NCBI GenBank assembly: GCA_965197475.1
Contig: CBDANF010000003.1
Coordinates: forward strand, 864,001-928,000
Direction of reading: 5' to 3'
DNA: 64,000 nucleotides
Origin: Candidatus Poribacteria bacterium
Lineage (GTDB): Bacteria > Poribacteria > WGA-4E > WGA-3G
The notes below the pieces were generated by a model. It had not been told where the DNA came from, ran no database searches, and worked only from the letters and a program-made list of their open reading frames with translations. The position numbers and the translations under genes are program-made. Of this stretch, positions 59,190 to 64,000 are shown in pieces (within the stretch, counting starts at the first letter, position 1; each line of letters begins with the position of its first letter).

Positions 59190-60104
59190 TTAGACTTGTA
59201 CCGAAGCTAACCCCTCTGAAAAAAGTCCGGCTTCCTTGAATCTCGGTTCAATAACCCACTCACCAGTTTTGTCAATGTAACCGGACTTCCCATCTACAAA
59301 AAGCCCGCCTCGCCTGAATGTCGGATCAAAAACCCATTCACCCGATTTGTCAAAGTAACCATACTTAGCATCTACAACAACAGCCGCAAGCCCTTCAGAA
59401 AAATGCCCAACTCTATCAAATCTCGGTTCAATCACGACTCTTCCTGTTTTATCTGCAAATCCGTATTTCTGATCGATCTTAACACCGATCAACCCTTCAG
59501 AAAAGTAGGAATAACCATCGACCTTAAACGCTAATTCGAGAACCATCTGACCCGTTTTATCAATAAACCCGCGTTTCCCTTCCTTTGTTTTAACATAGGC
59601 ATAACCTTCGGAGAAATCGGAGGTGTCTCTAAAGTGAGCGGGAATAACCTCCGCTCCCGTTATATCAATATACCCTTCATTGGATTCCTCTCCTTCTACC
59701 CAAACTATCGCTAATCCTTCAGAAAATGAGAAACAGCATACATAAGGCGGAATCAATGCCCATTCGCCATCGGTGTTAATATATCCTTCGGTAGTTTCGG
59801 TTATTACATGGGCAAGACCATCGGAGAAGTAAGTAGCATATTTAAACGTCGGCGGTATCACCACGGTGCCAGCTCTATTGATGTAACCGTATTTGCCATC
59901 TATGGAAACAGCGGCTAATCCTTCACTGAAATCATCTGCATATTCAAATTGGAAGGGAATTACAAAATCACCTTGTTTATCAATGAAACCACATTTCCCA
60001 TCAACTTCAACAGCAGCTACGCCATCGGTATAATAGCCGGGAGTATCAAAACGTGGAGGAATGATGAACTTTCCGTTTTTATCAATGTAACCATATTTAG
60101 ACAT
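59190..60104 (-). CDS. WG-repeat protein G5 (304 aa)
   Basis: Eight repeats plus one partial repeat. Confidence 0.9.
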   Translation of the reverse strand: MSKYGYIDKNGKFIIPPRFDTPGYYTDGVAAVEVDGKCGFIDKQGDFVIPFQFEYADDFSEGLAAVSIDGKYGYINRAGTVVIPPTFKYATYFSDGLAHVITETTEGYINTDGEWALIPPYVCCFSFSEGLAIVWVEGEESNEGYIDITGAEVIPAHFRDTSDFSEGYAYVKTKEGKRGFIDKTGQMVLELAFKVDGYSYFSEGLIGVKIDQKYGFADKTGRVVIEPRFDRVGHFSEGLAAVVVDAKYGYFDKSGEWVFDPTFRRGGLFVDGKSGYIDKTGEWVIEPRFKEAGLFSEGLASVQV

Positions 60105-60174
60105 TTTCAAGACCTTCTTCATTAGTAATGCGGGTTTCCATCGCGAATGGATTGTACGGATTTACACAGAAATA

Positions 60175-61008
60175 TTAGATTTTTACCGCAGCTAACCCCT
60201 CTGAAAAACAAGTAGCGTACCTAAATATCGGTTCAATCATCCACTTCCCAGTTTTGTCAATGTACCCATACTTCCCATTTATTTTGACAGCCGCAAGTCC
60301 TTCAGAAAACATGTCGGCTCTATCAAATTGCGGTTCAATGACGAGTGCCCCAGTTTTGTCTGCATATCCATATTTTCCGTTCACCTTAACGACAACCAAC
60401 CCTTCAGAGAAATAGGGAACATACGCTTCAAATGCTAATTCAAGAACCACCTGACCGGTTTTATCAATAAACACCTGCTTCCCATCTTTTGTTTTAACAT
60501 AAGCGTAGTCCTCGGAGAAGTCCCATGTGTCTTTAAAATGAAGTGGAATTATTAATTTACCATTTTTATCAATATATCCCTGATCACACTCATCGTCTAA
60601 TCCCCAGACACGTGCCAATCCTTCAGAGAAAGAGAACAGGGATTCATAAGGCGGAATGAATGCCCACTCGCCATCGGTGTTAATATAACCAACGGTCGTT
60701 TCGGTTCTTACGAGGGCGAGACCGTCTAAGAAGTTCTCAGCATCTTTGTACGTTGGCGATATTCTCATGGTGCCATCCTTATTGATATAACCGTATTTAT
60801 CATCTACGAAAATAGGAGCTAACCCGTTACCAAATGGATGAGCACACTTATATTGAAGGGGAATGGCAAGATCACCTTGTTTGTTAATAAATCCGTATAC
60901 GCCATCAATCTCCACTGCTGCTAACCCTTCGGTATGACCGTAGCAATAATCAAACTGTGGTGGAATGACGAAACTCCCACTTTTATCAATGTATCCGTAT
61001 TTTGACAT
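60175..61008 (-). CDS. WG-repeat protein G4 (277 aa)
   Basis: Eight repeats; body like G13, C-terminus like G9. Confidence 0.9.
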   Translation of the reverse strand: MSKYGYIDKSGSFVIPPQFDYCYGHTEGLAAVEIDGVYGFINKQGDLAIPLQYKCAHPFGNGLAPIFVDDKYGYINKDGTMRISPTYKDAENFLDGLALVRTETTVGYINTDGEWAFIPPYESLFSFSEGLARVWGLDDECDQGYIDKNGKLIIPLHFKDTWDFSEDYAYVKTKDGKQVFIDKTGQVVLELAFEAYVPYFSEGLVVVKVNGKYGYADKTGALVIEPQFDRADMFSEGLAAVKINGKYGYIDKTGKWMIEPIFRYATCFSEGLAAVKI

Positions 61009-61016
61009 TTTCAAAA

Positions 61017-61850
61017 TTAGACTTGTACCAAAGCTAACCCCTCCGAAAAACGCCAAGCTTCACTAAATCTCGGTTCAATAACCCACTCTCCTGATTTGTC
61101 AAAGTACCCATACTTTCCGTCTACAGCAACTGCCGCAAGTCCTTCAGAAAAATCACCGACTTTATCAAATTTCGGTTCAATGACAAGTGAACCAGTTTTA
61201 TCTGCGTATCCATATTTCCCATCGATTTTAACAGCAACCAATCCTTCAAAAAAGTAGGGACGATACGTTTCAAATGCTAAATCAAGAACCACCTGACCGG
61301 TTTTATCAATAAACACATGCTCCCCATCCTTGGTCTCAACATAGGCGTAACCTTCGGAAAAATTGTAGGTGTTTCTAAAGTGAGTGGGAATCACCTCCGC
61401 TCCCGTAATATCAATATACCCTTCATTGGATTCCTCTCCTTCTACCCAAACTATCGCTAATCCTTCAGAAAATGAGAAACAGCATACATAAGGCGGAATC
61501 AATGCCCATTCGCCATCGGTGTTAATATATCCTTCGGTAGTTTCGGTTATTACATGGGCAAGACCATCGGAGAAGTAAGTAGCATATTTAAACGTCGGCG
61601 GTATCACCACGGTGCCAGCTCTATTGATGTAACCGTATTTGCCATCTATGGAAACAGCGGCTAATCCTTCACTGAAATCATCTGCATATTCAAATTGGAA
61701 GGGAAGTGCAAACCCTCCGTGTTTGTCAATAAACCCGCATTTTCCATCAATCTCTACGGCGGCTACGCCTTCGGTATGATAACCGGGAGTATCAAACTGT
61801 GGAGGAATGATGAACTTTCCGCTTTTATCAATGTAACCGTATTTCGACAT
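61017..61850 (-). CDS. WG-repeat protein G3 (277 aa)
   Basis: Eight repeats. Confidence 0.9.
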   Translation of the reverse strand: MSKYGYIDKSGKFIIPPQFDTPGYHTEGVAAVEIDGKCGFIDKHGGFALPFQFEYADDFSEGLAAVSIDGKYGYINRAGTVVIPPTFKYATYFSDGLAHVITETTEGYINTDGEWALIPPYVCCFSFSEGLAIVWVEGEESNEGYIDITGAEVIPTHFRNTYNFSEGYAYVETKDGEHVFIDKTGQVVLDLAFETYRPYFFEGLVAVKIDGKYGYADKTGSLVIEPKFDKVGDFSEGLAAVAVDGKYGYFDKSGEWVIEPRFSEAWRFSEGLALVQV

Positions 61851-61919
61851 TTTCAAGACCTTCTTGATTAGTAATGCGGTTTCCATCGCCAACGGATTGT
61901 ACGGATTTACACAGAGACA

Positions 61920-62858
61920 TTAGATTATTACCGAAGCTAACCCCTCTGAAAAAAGTCCGGCTTCCTTGAATCTCGGTTCAATAACCCACTCACCCGACTT
62001 GTCAATGTAACCGGACTTACCATCTACAAAAAGCCCGCCTCGTCTGAATTTCGGATCAAAAACCCATTCACCCGATTTGTCAAAGTAACCATACTTAGCA
62101 TCTACAACAACAGCCGCAAGCCCTTCAGAAAAATGTCCGACATTATCAAATCGCGGTTCAATCACGACGCTCCCGGATTTATCTGCAAATCCGTATTGAT
62201 GATCGATATTAACACCGATCAACCCTTCAGAGAAGTATGGAGGATAAAATATTAACGCGGATTCAAGAACCATCTGACCAGTTTTATCAATACACCCACT
62301 TTTTCCCTCCTTTGTTTTAACATAAGCATAACCTTCGGAGAAATCGGATATGCTTTCAAAGTCGGGTGGAATGACTATTGTCCCCATCCTATCAATATAT
62401 CCCATATCAAACGTATCTTCTTTTTCATTCCAGACACCATGCCGAGCGAGGCCTTCAGAAAAACCGTATAACATGTGATCATCAGTGAATGTTAATGCTT
62501 TTTCACCAGATTTGTCAATATAGTGCTCATGTATAGCACCATCAGTTGCCTTGGTTCTTACAAGGGCAAGACCATCGGAGAAGTAAGTAGCATATTTAAA
62601 CGTCGGCGGTATCACTACAGTGCCGGATCTATTGATGTAACCGTATTTGCCATCTATTGAAACAACGGCAAATCCTTCGCTGAAATCATCTACATATTCA
62701 AATTGGAGGGGAATCACAAAATCACCCCGCTTGTCAATGAAACCGCATTTTCCATCAATCTCTACAGATGCTACGCCTTCGATATGATAACCGGGAGTAT
62801 CAAACTGTGGAGGAATGATGAACTTTCCGCTTTTATCAATGTAACCGTATTTCGACAT
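61920..62858 (-). CDS. WG-repeat protein G2 (312 aa)
   Basis: Eight repeats plus one partial repeat; middle like G7. Confidence 0.9.
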   Translation of the reverse strand: MSKYGYIDKSGKFIIPPQFDTPGYHIEGVASVEIDGKCGFIDKRGDFVIPLQFEYVDDFSEGFAVVSIDGKYGYINRSGTVVIPPTFKYATYFSDGLALVRTKATDGAIHEHYIDKSGEKALTFTDDHMLYGFSEGLARHGVWNEKEDTFDMGYIDRMGTIVIPPDFESISDFSEGYAYVKTKEGKSGCIDKTGQMVLESALIFYPPYFSEGLIGVNIDHQYGFADKSGSVVIEPRFDNVGHFSEGLAAVVVDAKYGYFDKSGEWVFDPKFRRGGLFVDGKSGYIDKSGEWVIEPRFKEAGLFSEGLASVII

Positions 62859-62927
62859 TTTCAAGACCTTCTTGATTAGTAATGCGGTTTCCATCGCCAA
62901 CGGATTGTACGGATTTACACAGAGACA

Positions 62928-63839
62928 TTAGATTATTACCGCAGCTAACCCTTCTGAAAAAGGTTCGGCTTCCTTAAATCTCGGTTCAATAACCCACTCA
63001 CCCGACTTGTCAATGTAACCATACTTACCTTCTACAAAAAACCCGGTTCCCTTGAATCTCGGTTCAATAACCCACTCTCCTGATTTGTCAAAGTACCCAT
63101 ACTTTCCGTCTACAGCAACTGCCGCAAGTCCTTCAGAAAAATCACCGACTTTATCAAATTTCGGTTCAATGACAAGTGAACCAGTTTTATCTGCGTATCC
63201 ATATTTCCCATCGATTTTAACAGCAACCAATCCTTCAAAAAAGTAGGGACGATACGTTTCAAATGCTAAATCAAGAACCACCTGACCGGTTTTATCAATA
63301 AACACATGCTCCCCATCCTTGGTCTCAACATAGGCGTAACCTTCGGAAAAATTGTAGGTGTTTCTAAAGTGAGTGGGAATCACCTCCGCTCCCGTAATAT
63401 CAATATACCCTTCATCGAACTCCTCTCCTTCCAACGAAACTTTCGCCAATCCTTCAGAAAAGGAGTAAATATCTCCATAAGGAGGTATGAGTACCAATTC
63501 GCCTTCGGTGTTAATATACCCTTCGGTAGTTTCGGTTATTACATGGGCAAGACCATCGAAGAAGTAATAAGCATTTTTAAACGTCGGCAGTATCACTACA
63601 GTGCCGGATCTATTGATGTAACCGTATTTGCCATCTATGGAAACAGCGGCTAATCCTTCACTGAAATCCTCTGCATATTCAAATTGGAGGGGAAGTGCAA
63701 ACCCTCCGTGTTTGTCAATAAACCCGCATTTTCCATCAATCTCTACGGCGGCTACGCCTTCGGTATGATAACCGGGAGTATCAAACCGTGGCGGAATAAC
63801 AATTCTCCCACTTTTATCAATATAGCCAAATTTCGACAT
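62928..63839 (-). CDS. WG-repeat protein G1 (303 aa), first of the array
   Basis: GAGGT RBS before ATG 63839; eight repeats plus one partial repeat. Confidence 0.9.
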   Translation of the reverse strand: MSKFGYIDKSGRIVIPPRFDTPGYHTEGVAAVEIDGKCGFIDKHGGFALPLQFEYAEDFSEGLAAVSIDGKYGYINRSGTVVILPTFKNAYYFFDGLAHVITETTEGYINTEGELVLIPPYGDIYSFSEGLAKVSLEGEEFDEGYIDITGAEVIPTHFRNTYNFSEGYAYVETKDGEHVFIDKTGQVVLDLAFETYRPYFFEGLVAVKIDGKYGYADKTGSLVIEPKFDKVGDFSEGLAAVAVDGKYGYFDKSGEWVIEPRFKGTGFFVEGKYGYIDKSGEWVIEPRFKEAEPFSEGLAAVII

Positions 63840-63862
63840 CTTATGTACCTCTTTTTTAGCAA

Positions 63863-63895
63863 GCGGGGCGTAGCATCTGTGTCGCACGCCCCGCT
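63863..63895. terminator. Hairpin between the upstream gene and the WG array
   Basis: AGCGGGGCGT...ACGCCCCGCT; on the minus strand it is followed by TGCT and then an A run rather than a U tract. Confidence 0.4.
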
Positions 63896-63914
63896 TTTCA
63901 AACGTTAGAAGATT

Positions 63915-64000
63915 CTAAGGTGTTAGGATAAGCAACCCACCAACAGGTGCAGCAGGGGTGGGTAATAGCGCAATGCCAATGAGCGTTTTTCCACCTTTGT
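63915..64000 (-). CDS. Possible 3' end of a gene that starts beyond the window
   Basis: Open frame KGGKTLIGIALLPTPAAPVGGLLILTP followed by a stop. Confidence 0.3.
   Translation of the reverse strand, partial: KGGKTLIGIALLPTPAAPVGGLLILTP

Larger units (their letters stand above)
51714..63839 (-). repeat. Tandem array of 13 WG-repeat genes with conserved linkers
   Basis: Thirteen ORFs all beginning MSK(Y/F)GYIDK, with long near-identical DNA blocks shared between copies. Confidence 0.95.

Noticed and set aside
53390-62900. METALLIKKVLK leader as a real N-terminal peptide of the WG proteins
   Set aside because: It is absent from short-linker genes, frameshifted before G5 and replaced before G10; a GAAGGT SD-like site precedes the MSKYG ATG.
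53390-62927. Long linkers as CRISPR repeats or integron attC sites
   Set aside because: They are separated by full paralogous genes, lack RYYYAAC/GTTRRRY ends, and there is no cas or integrase gene.
52919-63653. Recurring ~94-aa plus-strand ORFs in the array
   Set aside because: Antisense shadows repeated only because the underlying DNA is duplicated.
51714-63839. Diversity-generating retroelement behind the WG variation
   Set aside because: No reverse transcriptase or non-coding template repeat in the window; differences come as multi-base blocks and indels, not visibly adenine-restricted. A remote DGR was not formally excluded.
1-64000. tRNA, rRNA or CRISPR arrays
   Set aside because: None recognised by eye; a covariance-model scan was not possible.

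Overview
The window looks like a Candidatus Poribacteria-type chromosome. That is an inference from its mix of PhyH, Uma2, WD40, PQQ-propeller and PPC genes plus abundant MITEs. It has four parts. (1) 1-2.7 kb: a sulfur-relay cluster (cysH, a CysO/ThiS-like carrier, a JAMM peptidase fused to a NIL domain) split by an intact IS5-family element. (2) About 9-22 kb: a putative maturation module in which four genes carry six PCP_red-like domains (AhbD/NirJ-like radical SAM, tandem-USP protein, Zn-finger protein, coiled-coil protein) with an Mrp/ApbC ATPase, interrupted by accessory genes and pseudogenes. (3) About 22-47.6 kb: a co-oriented respiratory supercluster with a split Rieske/cytochrome b complex and octaheme cytochrome c, a CydA-like 'bd-like' protein without CydB, several c-type cytochromes, two cupredoxin-like proteins, and an A1-type heme-copper oxidase with heme o/a synthases and SCO. 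(4) 51.7-63.8 kb: a tandem array of 13 WG-repeat genes that are patchworks of shared sequence blocks. The strongest candidates for undescribed biology are this shuffled WG-repeat repertoire, a small beta-domain shared between CoxB and two cytochromes of the cluster, and the PCP_red-tagged module. All family calls come from motif recognition by eye; no searches were run.
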